Shown piece after piece: positions 35,626 to 44,279 of a stretch of DNA of 64,000 nt; the first letter of the stretch is position 1, and every line of letters starts with the position of its first letter. The stretch lies in IMG/VR virus record IMGVR_UViG_3300009709_000001, positions 253,336 to 317,335 of that record; one strand, written 5' to 3'. A model generated the notes under the pieces. That model saw nothing but the letters and a program-made list of their open reading frames with translations, was not told where the DNA came from and did not search any database. Both the position numbers and the translations under genes were made by a program. Origin of the DNA: a virus. Its lineage: Duplodnaviria > Heunggongvirae > Uroviricota > Caudoviricetes.

Positions 35626-35972
35626 TTCGAAAACTCCTCAATCAATGCATCAAGCCAGCGATGACGAAAGGCTTGCATTTCGTGCTGAAATGCAGGGTAA
35701 TCGGTTTTGCTGAATTCTCTTGCGCCGGGGATATTTGCAATCACCCAACTGTCCAAGAAGGCACATCCAATGATACGACGGCCGATCACACTTTCAGCCA
35801 TATCGTTACCCAATCTCATTTCCCTTGTGTGATGCAAGGGCAATGAAAGATCGAGTGCACAGCAGATGTATCTACTCTGACCCGGGTTCGGAAAACCTGC
35901 GGCAGCCAGCAGGAAATCCTTTGCCCTTCGAAAAGCATCGGCTACTGCCAGCCGATCCCTCTTATTCATCAT
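35622..35972 (-). CDS. ICxAI...RWLDAL paralog 1
   Basis: ICCAL; FRHRWLDALIEEF. Confidence 0.8.
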   Translation of the reverse strand: MMNKRDRLAVADAFRRAKDFLLAAAGFPNPGQSRYICCALDLSLPLHHTREMRLGNDMAESVIGRRIIGCAFLDSWVIANIPGAREFSKTDYPAFQHEMQAFRHRWLDALIEEFSK

Positions 35973-36481
35973 GCTGCCACCTTCTTGGGCAACGGATAGC
36001 GCTTGATTTCCTTTTCGCCGCTATCCAGGCGATAGGTTTCGCCGCTGTTGGGACCCAGTCCTTGGATGAGCACCCAGGTCTTACCAGGCCACACTTGAAC
36101 CTTCCGGTCGAACGTCTCGCTGGCATCGCCCTGCTGCAGGAACGACTGGCATCGACCGATTTCGTAATCGTTGCCGGATTGGACGAGCTCCAGCACACTG
36201 AAGCATTCGTTGTCATCCTGCATGACGGGACCAGTGGACTTGGCCTTGGTAGAACCCGGCTTCTTCACACCAGCGGCCTGCGCCGCGCGGCCCAACCCTT
36301 CAATCGGGGGACTTGCCTTCTTGGCGGTGTTGTAATGGGTGGCAGCAGCCGAGAGGCTGCATTCCAGCTCATCCATGAGCTGGACCATCACTGTTTTTCG
36401 GAACAACCGTCCATCGGTACTTGCCAGCGCGATGTGCTGGTGGTAAATCTCGAATGCGCGTTCCTTAGCAGTTTTGGACAT
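35969..36481 (-). CDS. SAATxYN-family putative DNA-binding protein with extra C-terminal domain
   Basis: FRKTV...SLSAAATHYNTAKK...GLGR. Confidence 0.75.
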   Translation of the reverse strand: MSKTAKERAFEIYHQHIALASTDGRLFRKTVMVQLMDELECSLSAAATHYNTAKKASPPIEGLGRAAQAAGVKKPGSTKAKSTGPVMQDDNECFSVLELVQSGNDYEIGRCQSFLQQGDASETFDRKVQVWPGKTWVLIQGLGPNSGETYRLDSGEKEIKRYPLPKKVAA

Positions 36482-36490
36482 AGGTTTCCT

Positions 36491-36646
36491 TTAACGTTTG
36501 AAAATCAAGCTAACCGCACCGGCCAGAACAGGCACGGGCCAGAAGAGCATCACACCCAGTGTCCAGAGTGTGAATTCGGCATTGAGTACCAGATCGAGAA
36601 TGATCCCGATCAGCAGATAGATAACAACGCACAGAAAGATGGCCAT
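36491..36646 (-). CDS. small membrane protein, WP family
   Basis: MLFWPV. Confidence 0.7.
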   Translation of the reverse strand: MAIFLCVVIYLLIGIILDLVLNAEFTLWTLGVMLFWPVPVLAGAVSLIFKR

Positions 36647-36648
36647 GA

Positions 36649-36825
36649 CTAGTCCTTTTTGTCCCACAGGTCGATAATCAGACCCAGCACCACAAACGGC
36701 CAGAGCAGGACAAAGAAGAAGCACGCCCGCCGGTGTCCGTAACTCATCGTCACATCGCTTGCGCTACCCTTGATATCTGCCCACAACAGGACAGCACCAA
36801 CGAACAGATAGATGATTTCGAGCAT
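36649..36825 (-). CDS. small membrane protein, WP family
   Basis: VLLWPF. Confidence 0.7.
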   Translation of the reverse strand: MLEIIYLFVGAVLLWADIKGSASDVTMSYGHRRACFFFVLLWPFVVLGLIIDLWDKKD

Positions 36826-36838
36826 GTTGTTAACCTCT

Positions 36839-37039
36839 TCAGCGTTTCTTGGCGAGTGCGTTGCTCCACCTATCGGCGAGCCCAACGAACCACATGGCCG
36901 CGAACATGAAGACAAACATAGGCCATTGCCACATCAGCGCCCATGAAAGTTCTTCGCCATCGCCCCAGGACAGCCACAATGAGCACAGAGCACCAATGGC
37001 GAAGTAGGCAGCCAGGCACCAAAGTACGATTTCGATCAT
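36839..37039 (-). CDS. small membrane protein, WP family
   Basis: MWQWPM. Confidence 0.7.
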   Translation of the reverse strand: MIEIVLWCLAAYFAIGALCSLWLSWGDGEELSWALMWQWPMFVFMFAAMWFVGLADRWSNALAKKR

Positions 37040-37215
37040 TTCAGACCTTTCTGTCCGCCGAGTGTCCAGATGATGAGCCACCCCACGATTAGCACCAATG
37101 CAATCGGCCAAAACACTGCCGAAAGCAGGCGAACGAACCAGCCCTGGTTGAATTCGAAAGCGTAGACAACGCCGCCAATCAACAACCAGAAGAAGATGAG
37201 AATGCCGAGTAACAT
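37036..37215 (-). CDS. small membrane protein, WP family (not in track)
   Basis: Hand translation, AVFWPI. Confidence 0.65.
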   Translation of the reverse strand: MLLGILIFFWLLIGGVVYAFEFNQGWFVRLLSAVFWPIALVLIVGWLIIWTLGGQKGLK

Positions 37216-37216
37216 A

Positions 37217-37399
37217 TCAACCTTTCAATTCAAGAAGAACTGTCGGACCCGGTTGTGCCTCGACTTGCCTTTTGATTTCGTCGAGACCAGCAACGTAGAT
37301 GCTGTCGCTCGTGTAACCGTGTTCAGCTTCTACTTTACGGCGCGCCTCGATGGCGACACCAAGTGCTGACAGGAAGTTCACTTTCAACATCGTGACCAT
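37217..37399 (-). CDS. hypothetical protein
   Basis: GGAG RBS. Confidence 0.7.
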   Translation of the reverse strand: MVTMLKVNFLSALGVAIEARRKVEAEHGYTSDSIYVAGLDEIKRQVEAQPGPTVLLELKG

Positions 37400-37402
37400 G
37401 AA

Positions 37403-37606
37403 TTACTCCGGCAAATCGCCCTTGTTGTCATGGTAAACGACTTCCCACACGTCGAGTCCTTCTTCGAAGAACAGATCGCAGGAACCAAACGGTTCTGACC
37501 AGCGACCGCCGACGTTGGCCGTACCATCGGGCTTGCGGCGGCGAACAGCGGCATAGCCCATGCCACTGGGGCAGTCGTTGGGTTCGTTGGGATAGTGGAA
37601 AGCCAT
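37403..37606 (-). CDS. hypothetical protein
   Basis: AGGAG RBS, promoter upstream. Confidence 0.7.
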   Translation of the reverse strand: MAFHYPNEPNDCPSGMGYAAVRRRKPDGTANVGGRWSEPFGSCDLFFEEGLDVWEVVYHDNKGDLPE

Positions 37607-37676
37607 TTGCGTATTGCTCCTAGTTGCCTACATAATAGCAAATTGGCACTGGATTGTCTACAACTATTTGAAAGAC

Positions 37677-38345
37677 TCAATCGAGTCCATACATTTCGTC
37701 CAATAGATCAAGGTCATCTTCGTCGACCCCGTTCAATTGACGCCACATCACAGCCCGCTCGCTTCTTTCCTTAGGAATAAATCCTTCGGGAGGAACGGGT
37801 TTATGCTTTTTTCTTGTTGGATGATTGTGTTTTTCTCGCTTGAAGATGCCGCCAGGTTCACCTTCGAAGTCGTCGGAATATCGGAAATCCTGTCCATTCT
37901 TGGACATATGGGAGAAGTTCACCAGCTGAACGTTTTCGCCCCATTTCGACTTGTAGTCTTTCGGCAACTGTTTGTAGGGTACGAAGAGTTGCACATGGAA
38001 CGTAGATCGTCCCTTGTTGTTGATGATTTCTTTTGTGGGATCGACTGTGAAGCGCCACTTGCCTTTTCCGGCATGCACATTAAGCCAATCGATGAATTCC
38101 AGATAGCACTCAAGAGTGAGTACCTTGATCTTCAAATCCGTTGTAGGAATCAGCTCAGACGGATCATCCTCGAGCAATAACCGATTTTCAAACAGCCGTG
38201 CTTCGATTGTACGAGCAGTCGCGCCACTCTGCCAAGTTGCATCGCATCTTTCGCAGAGTTCGTATTCCGAATCGGAACTGAAGGTTTTCGTATCTGCTGA
38301 ACAGAGCCAGCAGATATATCCAATCTTCGCGCGTTCGAGAAACAT
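37677..38345 (-). CDS. hypothetical protein with N-terminal CxxC..CxxC
   Basis: CWLC...CERC. Confidence 0.7.
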   Translation of the reverse strand: MFLERAKIGYICWLCSADTKTFSSDSEYELCERCDATWQSGATARTIEARLFENRLLLEDDPSELIPTTDLKIKVLTLECYLEFIDWLNVHAGKGKWRFTVDPTKEIINNKGRSTFHVQLFVPYKQLPKDYKSKWGENVQLVNFSHMSKNGQDFRYSDDFEGEPGGIFKREKHNHPTRKKHKPVPPEGFIPKERSERAVMWRQLNGVDEDDLDLLDEMYGLD

Positions 38346-38346
38346 T

Positions 38347-38661
38347 TTAGGACTTCCGGCCGGTCTTCCATTCACGCAGGACCTTCAGCGTCGGAAGCTG
38401 ACCCTCGTCGTTCAGCCACGTCAAGAAGCGCTGGAGTTGATCGGAATGCATCGACTCGATTTCTCGTTGCCAGTCGGTCTTAACCGGAACACTCACCACT
38501 TCGATGCTGTCGCGATCATCGAGTATGATTTTGACAGCCGATCGTGCGCCTTCGACATCGTCAATCTCCAGGGTCAGATCACCATGGCCGACATCGGCAC
38601 GCACAATGGTCTTGCCAACGAGGCTGGCAACGATTTTGTCCAGTTCACTTCTTTGTTGCAT
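38347..38661 (-). CDS. hypothetical protein
   Basis: Start MQQRSEL inferred. Confidence 0.65.
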   Translation of the reverse strand: MQQRSELDKIVASLVGKTIVRADVGHGDLTLEIDDVEGARSAVKIILDDRDSIEVVSVPVKTDWQREIESMHSDQLQRFLTWLNDEGQLPTLKVLREWKTGRKS

Positions 38662-38887
38662 GATGCTTTCCTTCAAGTTCCGTCTGGCAGGTAATGCAAG
38701 TGCGGCAACCTTGAACAACAAGTCGCCGTCCTTCGGGAATTTCGTTACCGCATTCTTCGCATTGCGAAAGTGAGGGACCGGTGTTCATCCTTGCCCTCAC
38801 TGCTTCGATTGCGTTTAGATGGATGTGAATGGCACCATGGATTTGTCCGAGTTCTTCTTCTGCAATATTTGAGTGCTGTATGTTCAT
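38645..38887 (-). CDS. TraR/DksA-family C4 zinc-finger protein
   Basis: CEECGNEIPEGRRLVVQGCRTCITCQ; N-terminal acidic helix. Confidence 0.85.
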   Translation of the reverse strand: MNIQHSNIAEEELGQIHGAIHIHLNAIEAVRARMNTGPSLSQCEECGNEIPEGRRLVVQGCRTCITCQTELEGKHHATKK

Positions 38888-38954
38888 GATAAATAATGAT
38901 GCCCATCGCGATACTGTAATATCCATGGGCTCTAATACTACACGAAGCATTAGT

Positions 38955-39617
38955 ATGGATATTTATCCCTCGAAAAAGGGCTTACCTTACGTTTATTACG
39001 GCCTAAACAAAGAAACCGGACAATTTTACTACGGGTATAGAGAAAGGAATGTTTATTACAATCTATCTTCCTCTGATGACTTAGGCAAATTATATTTTAC
39101 ATCTTCTAGGAAAGTCAAGCAAAATTTCAGTCAATTTGAGTGGACAATTCTTGCTGAGTTCTTTGACAAAGAATCAGCATACTGGTTCGAGCAAGAACTT
39201 ATTTCCGAAAACTGGAGTAATCCCTTACTAATCAACAAGCATTTTAGTCGACCCGGTTCTCATGCCTTTAAGAACAACGGACATTCGGAAAAGACCAAGA
39301 AAAAACTATCCATAATACTCTCGGGTGAAGGAAACGGCCACTACGGAAAAAAGCATTCACCAGAAACACTACAAAAGATGTCCGATAAAAAGAAAGGTAC
39401 TAACAATCCTTCCTATCAGAGGCCAGTAAGTCAAGAGACTAAAGAAAAACTTCGGCAGGCATCTACGGGTGCAAAATTCTCCGAAGAACGAAAATCAAAG
39501 CTATCCGAAAAGGCAAAGCAACGAAAACTGCTGGATTGTACCATTTGTGGTAAATCTTGCCCTCCTGGGCAATTAGCAAGATGGCATAATCTCAATTGCA
39601 AACATCGGATTACTTGA
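38955..39617 (+). CDS. free-standing GIY-YIG-like homing endonuclease with NUMOD3-like repeats
   Basis: YVYYG...FYYGYR...YFTSS; HSEKTKKK, HSPETLQK; antisense to neighbours, AT-rich. Confidence 0.8.
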   Translation: MDIYPSKKGLPYVYYGLNKETGQFYYGYRERNVYYNLSSSDDLGKLYFTSSRKVKQNFSQFEWTILAEFFDKESAYWFEQELISENWSNPLLINKHFSRPGSHAFKNNGHSEKTKKKLSIILSGEGNGHYGKKHSPETLQKMSDKKKGTNNPSYQRPVSQETKEKLRQASTGAKFSEERKSKLSEKAKQRKLLDCTICGKSCPPGQLARWHNLNCKHRIT

Positions 39618-39945
39618 TAACGTAGATCCAGCCGGTGGGAGTGGTCTTCTTCTCCACACCGTTCAGAGTGCAGTAGGCTTCAAATTCGTCCCATTTTGCA
39701 TGAAGCTTGTCGCGCGGGCGAGCACCTTCAGCCTTCACAGTGATTTCTGTCTTGCGGAAGTTCGGAGCGAACACACGACCGCTGTCAGCATGAATTTCGG
39801 AAGCCCAGGTGCGTACCTTGTTGGCAATCCGTTTCAATTTCTGCGTGTGCAGGCCTTCGTTTGCTTCGTTCTGCTCACGAATATGAGTGAGAACCTTGAC
39901 CGGATTTTGTCCGGTGGTGTCCCGATCATCAGTGATTTCCTTCAT
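39610..39945 (-). CDS. hypothetical protein
   Basis: AAGGA RBS. Confidence 0.75.
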   Translation of the reverse strand: MKEITDDRDTTGQNPVKVLTHIREQNEANEGLHTQKLKRIANKVRTWASEIHADSGRVFAPNFRKTEITVKAEGARPRDKLHAKWDEFEAYCTLNGVEKKTTPTGWIYVIK

Positions 39946-40007
39946 CTAAGGTACTCCAAAATGCTATGATAGAAATGGAACCATAACAAGTCTACAGGAA
40001 AACGAAA

Positions 40008-40223
40008 CTACTCCCTTGTGAACTGATATCCAAGAGGCACACTCGGCCGGAACAGAATTCCCGCACCAGTCTTTTCGTGCTGCACAGATAGGACAAGGTG
40101 CGCTGCTGTGATGTTCAGGATGTGCGGCACTCCCTTAGCGTCGACATAGCCGACAGAAAGGTAATCGCCATCATTCAACCGGACCGTTGCAACTTTGCCA
40201 TCGGCAGTGGGGCTGATTTCCAT
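40008..40223 (-). CDS. hypothetical protein
   Basis: Coupled operon. Confidence 0.65.
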   Translation of the reverse strand: MEISPTADGKVATVRLNDGDYLSVGYVDAKGVPHILNITAAHLVLSVQHEKTGAGILFRPSVPLGYQFTRE

Positions 40224-40594
40224 CAGCTGAGCACCGGCAAGATCCTGGGTTCCGGGGCGAACAAGTAGGCCCGTTCATCATTCACCTCAATGACCGTGCA
40301 TTGGATCAGTGACCTCGAGATCACCTCGGGACCAACGTGAATCACCTCACCCTGTGCACCGTAGATTATCAGATGATGGCAATCCATAAAGGTGTTCAGA
40401 ACGTGGCGTGCCATGGGTTCACGAACCGGGTATTCGTTCGCATAGCCGACAACAGCCGGCAGCTTGTCAACCACATTGGTGATGGTCACGCGGACGTTGG
40501 AGTTCGCATCCATCACCAACGGGTTAATCTTGAGTGGACCAGTAGTCATAAATTGCTCCAGTTTGACTATCCAATGAAGATTGTGTTGCAACAT
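40223..40594 (-). CDS. hypothetical protein
   Basis: Coupled operon. Confidence 0.65.
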   Translation of the reverse strand: MLQHNLHWIVKLEQFMTTGPLKINPLVMDANSNVRVTITNVVDKLPAVVGYANEYPVREPMARHVLNTFMDCHHLIIYGAQGEVIHVGPEVISRSLIQCTVIEVNDERAYLFAPEPRILPVLS

Positions 40595-40741
40595 TGGGGT
40601 CGAACGACCCCAATGTTCTCAGGCTGCCGCGGCCGAAGACGGTGCTGCAATTGCCGACGTTGCCATCACCATGCCAAAGGCAAGAATGGTCTTAGTGAAC
40701 TTGGAAAGAAACATGATTTCTCCAGTGGTTGATGTTGATAA

Positions 40742-41065
40742 TCACCAGGATTTGATCTCTACCGGGAACTCGTTGATGTGTTCGTCCCACGCCTGTCGGG
40801 GCCACGTGGTGCTGGATGTGTTGAGCTTCAGCTCGTACCGCATCCACTTATGAGCCAAATCGATAAGAAGGCAGGAATGTTCATCCGGCAGCTCCAACAT
40901 CATGTAATAGACATTCTTGCCTGCCAGGTCCTTCTTATCGAAGTAGCACACCTGGAAACCTCTCGACTTCAATAACTCTGCCGCTACTGCACGATCATCC
41001 TTCTTTGAAAAAGAGACAATCGTAATCGGATCGGTAGGTTGTGTAGAGCCAAAGTCGATGAACAT
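40742..41065 (-). CDS. hypothetical protein
   Basis: GAGG RBS. Confidence 0.7.
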   Translation of the reverse strand: MFIDFGSTQPTDPITIVSFSKKDDRAVAAELLKSRGFQVCYFDKKDLAGKNVYYMMLELPDEHSCLLIDLAHKWMRYELKLNTSSTTWPRQAWDEHINEFPVEIKSW

Positions 41066-41151
41066 GCTTATTACCTCTATTAGTCACCCGAAAAGGAGCA
41101 CATGGCTCCTCTCGGGTACGGGGAAGACGCTCCTCCCCGGTTTGCGCCGTC

Positions 41152-41562
41152 TTAGGCCGTGACCGCCTCGGGCGTGACTTCCGGCTCCTGCAGCTTCAGC
41201 TTGGCCTTGCCTTTGGTGTTGTTCGCCACGGTGATCATCAGATTGGCCTTCTCCTTAGAGATGCCGGTAGCCACGACGCTGCCGTCCTTGACCTTGATGA
41301 CGGTCACGACGTGGATGGGCTTGCGGCCACCCTTCTTGTCTTCGCTGCGGCCCAGGCCGGCAACGGACTCGGGGTCATTCTCACGCTGCGACTTCAGAGC
41401 GAAGTTGTATTGCGTTGAAGCAGACGCCACGCTGATTTGGAACTGGTTGACGGCCGCGTCCATGACCTTGCGACGGAACTGGGTGCCCGTCAGTTCACCG
41501 GCTTGAAACGCCGGCAGGTTGGTCAAGAACATATCGGAAACGAAATCACGGATACCCTTCAT
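41152..41562 (-). CDS. SAATxYN-family putative DNA-binding protein
   Basis: FRRKV...SVASASTQYN...GLGRSEDKKGGRK; own promoter TAGACA-N17-CATAAT. Confidence 0.8.
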   Translation of the reverse strand: MKGIRDFVSDMFLTNLPAFQAGELTGTQFRRKVMDAAVNQFQISVASASTQYNFALKSQRENDPESVAGLGRSEDKKGGRKPIHVVTVIKVKDGSVVATGISKEKANLMITVANNTKGKAKLKLQEPEVTPEAVTA

Positions 41563-41687
41563 TTGAAACTCCTGAAGTTGGTGAGTAAACTAACTATGGA
41601 TCACTTAACCTATGCCTTTATTATGTGTTATCTAGAGAAATTTGTCTACAGATAATTTGTAACAAAATGTAAAACGGGTCGGTCATG

Positions 41688-41717
41688 AAAAAGCCCGCTC
41701 ATTGCGGGCTTGCTTTT
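41688..41717. terminator. bidirectional-type intrinsic terminator
   Basis: AAAAAGCCCGC-TCATT-GCGGGCTTGCTTTT. Confidence 0.75.
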
Positions 41718-41732
41718 AAAGCTGAACGCCGA

Positions 41733-41978
41733 TTAGGCGAACATCTTAAATTGACCACCAAATTCATCTCTGCGCGAGACAGAATAAGAAGTTTTTCCAC
41801 TAGAATTTTTTCGAGTGCGGACACGAAGACCTGCATTGCGCATATCTGTCATCCTTGCCCTAAGGTTCTGAATTTGGTAAGTGGCACGAGCTTGTGCAGC
41901 CGACATTTCTCGATTGGTACCGCGAAGGTAGCTTTCGAGAAAGCTGTTTTGAGTGGTTGTGAGTTGAGTAAATGCCAT
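41733..41978 (-). CDS. winged helix-turn-helix protein
   Basis: MSAAQARATYQIQNLRARMTDMRNAGLRV. Confidence 0.75.
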   Translation of the reverse strand: MAFTQLTTTQNSFLESYLRGTNREMSAAQARATYQIQNLRARMTDMRNAGLRVRTRKNSSGKTSYSVSRRDEFGGQFKMFA

Positions 41979-42051
41979 CTGTGGCCTCCTGTTAAGTTAT
42001 GTTACATTCTAACATAATGAAAACAAGATGTCAACTATTTCAACTAAATAT

Positions 42052-42261
42052 TCAACAGTTTTTAAGCAGCCATTGCAAATATTCGATGTCGATTGAGGGA
42101 TCGTTAGATCGAATGAGAACAAATTCATCGATGCCAAGTAGAAGATGAACGTTACCATCTTCGTATGTCTTTATACTGGCGACGGTTCCTTCGAATCTGG
42201 CAACTTTATCGCTGACGTGAACAACCTGCCCGGTTGCCAATGTGTAGATGTACTCAGGCAT
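42052..42261 (-). CDS. hypothetical protein (MPEYIY...)
   Basis: Internal start of track ORF. Confidence 0.55.
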   Translation of the reverse strand: MPEYIYTLATGQVVHVSDKVARFEGTVASIKTYEDGNVHLLLGIDEFVLIRSNDPSIDIEYLQWLLKNC

Positions 42262-42644
42262 TCTTGAACCAATTCCACTTGATTTTGAGGAAGACCAATT
42301 GTTCTTTGTTCGACCCCAGGATCTTGCGGAACTTGTTAGGATCGGTGATCTGTTGTCCATACAGGTACCAACCTTGCCAGCCGTCATTGAAAATTGCTGC
42401 AGGACCATCGGTGCGATGCAGCTTGCCGTTTCTATACCAGCATTTGCTTTCAGGTGTGATCTGTGCAGGTCCATCTTCTCGATGAATCTTGCACGTGACT
42501 GCAACGAGTCATCCAGCGGTTATTACGTCATGCCCTCCAGGGCCCACTGCACCAACAATTATACACATGATCAAATAATTGTCAAGAGAGTATGAATTGC
42601 GTTCCAAATCCATAAATACTGTTATAACTACTCGAAATCGTCAA

Positions 42645-43700
42645 ATGCCAAAATCCAAAATCCTATTCATCTGCAAAAACCGTAGCTACGGAAACCAACC
42701 TGATTACGAACACGAATACAGCAACTCATATTGTGATAAGAAGTCCTCTGGGCTTATGAATTCGGTTAAATTCGTAGTCGATATGCTTAACAGAAACAAT
42801 GTCGAAAGCAAGTATGTCGAAGTTATCGATAACAATTGCATCGATAGAGAAGTAACAAGATATCGACCAACTCATGTTGTAATTGAAGCGTTATGGGTTG
42901 TACCGGAGAAGTTTGAGATTTTGATCAAGCTACACCCAACAGTGAAATGGATTGTTCGTCTTCATAGCGAAACACCTTTCATCGCAGGCGAAGGTATTGC
43001 TATGGATTGGATCTATGGTTATGCCAAGTATGATAACGTTACATTGGCCTGTAACAGCTTGAGAATTTTGGATGATATGGAGTATGTAACCAAGAAACAG
43101 GTTATGTACCTTCCGAACTACTATGATGTATCCCTTTCCACGCCTCGCATTGTGAATCCTATTCCGAAGGATCCAGATTTCATAGACATCGGTTGTTTTG
43201 GAGCAATCCGTCCACTCAAAAACCAATTCCAGCAGGCTATCGCAGCAATGGAGTTCGGCACTAAGGTCGGCAAGAAGATTAGATTCCATATTAATACCAG
43301 TCGCGTTGAAGGCAAAGGGGAACCAAACCTAAGAAATATCCGTTCCTTGTTCAAGAATAACTTGCACGGACACGAACTTGTCGAACACGGATGGATGAAC
43401 CACGACGTGTTTGTTGGACTTATCGGTCAAATGGATTTGATGCTCCAGGTCAGTTTTACTGAAACTTACAATATCGTTGCCGCAGACACTATCTCACAGA
43501 ATGTGCCCATTGTTGCCTCTAAGGAAATCCAGTTTGTAAGCCGCCTTTTCCAAGCGGATTGCACTAGTACACCAGACATAGTTTGCAAGCTACGCAGGGC
43601 TAGGATTTTAAGCAGGCTCGGCCTTCAATGGTTGAATAAGTTTAAGCTAGGAATCAATGCCCGACTATCACAGCACCAATGGCTTTCGATATTTAGATAA
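42645..43700 (+). CDS. GT-B fold (GT4-like) glycosyltransferase
   Basis: IGCFGAIRPLKNQ and QVSFTETYNIVAAD (ExF...E/D-type motif); start MPKSKILF inferred. Confidence 0.75.
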   Translation: MPKSKILFICKNRSYGNQPDYEHEYSNSYCDKKSSGLMNSVKFVVDMLNRNNVESKYVEVIDNNCIDREVTRYRPTHVVIEALWVVPEKFEILIKLHPTVKWIVRLHSETPFIAGEGIAMDWIYGYAKYDNVTLACNSLRILDDMEYVTKKQVMYLPNYYDVSLSTPRIVNPIPKDPDFIDIGCFGAIRPLKNQFQQAIAAMEFGTKVGKKIRFHINTSRVEGKGEPNLRNIRSLFKNNLHGHELVEHGWMNHDVFVGLIGQMDLMLQVSFTETYNIVAADTISQNVPIVASKEIQFVSRLFQADCTSTPDIVCKLRRARILSRLGLQWLNKFKLGINARLSQHQWLSIFR

Positions 43701-43724
43701 AAAAAGACAGCCCGAAGGCTGTCT
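43699..43724. terminator. intrinsic terminator
   Basis: AAAAAA-GACAGCC-CGAA-GGCTGTC. Confidence 0.75.
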
Positions 43725-43889
43725 GAGAATGGTTGCAGTTTAACGTGTGCCTACGACGGCTATCTATCGCATCTGTTGCGTGTGAATTACGTTCAAGCTT
43801 TTGCTTCGCGCCACAAACCATATATGATGCCGTCATCTAAAGATCGGGCACCGTTAAAAGGGAGTTTCTAATGATTCCCCATGTTTCAT

Positions 43890-44090
43890 AAAAAAGGCCC
43901 CATTAAATGGGGCCTAAGAGTTGACCCGCAGGCTTTCGCCGTTGGAAACTCGGGCTTTACGGTCTACCGAAACGATGTACGGTGTCTTGCACATCTACAA
44001 TCGGGTTTACCGTTAGGGGTCCTGTTCATTATACACCGGGAGTCGAACCCGGCCCCAGCCGCTTTGTCGGAAAGGGATTTCCCTTTCTCT
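43890..44090 (-). ncRNA. candidate structured ncRNA with T-arm-like hairpin, ending in a terminator
   Basis: CCGGG-TTCGACT-CCCGG; nested helices GACCC/GGGTC, ACGGT/ACCGT, GATGT/ACATC; GGC-GAAA-GCC; GGCCCCA..TGGGGCC-U6. Confidence 0.45.
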
Positions 44091-44279
44091 TTAGAAAGCA
44101 GGTATCTTGGTCAGGTCAAATTCTCGACCCAACTTGTCCATTGCCAGTGTCTCGAAGATGAATCGCCGACTTGCATCATGGGCCCTCCTTTGAGGACACG
44201 GAGACGCAGGGTGCGATAAACAAATTCATCTTCGGCTTTTCCAGATCGACCTGTGCCGCATAGATGGTATCTTCCAGGT

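Noticed and set aside
43890-44090. tmRNA (standard or permuted)
   Set aside because: No G3-U70 acceptor stem or CCA, and no plausible tag ORF; the GGCCCC match belongs to the terminator.
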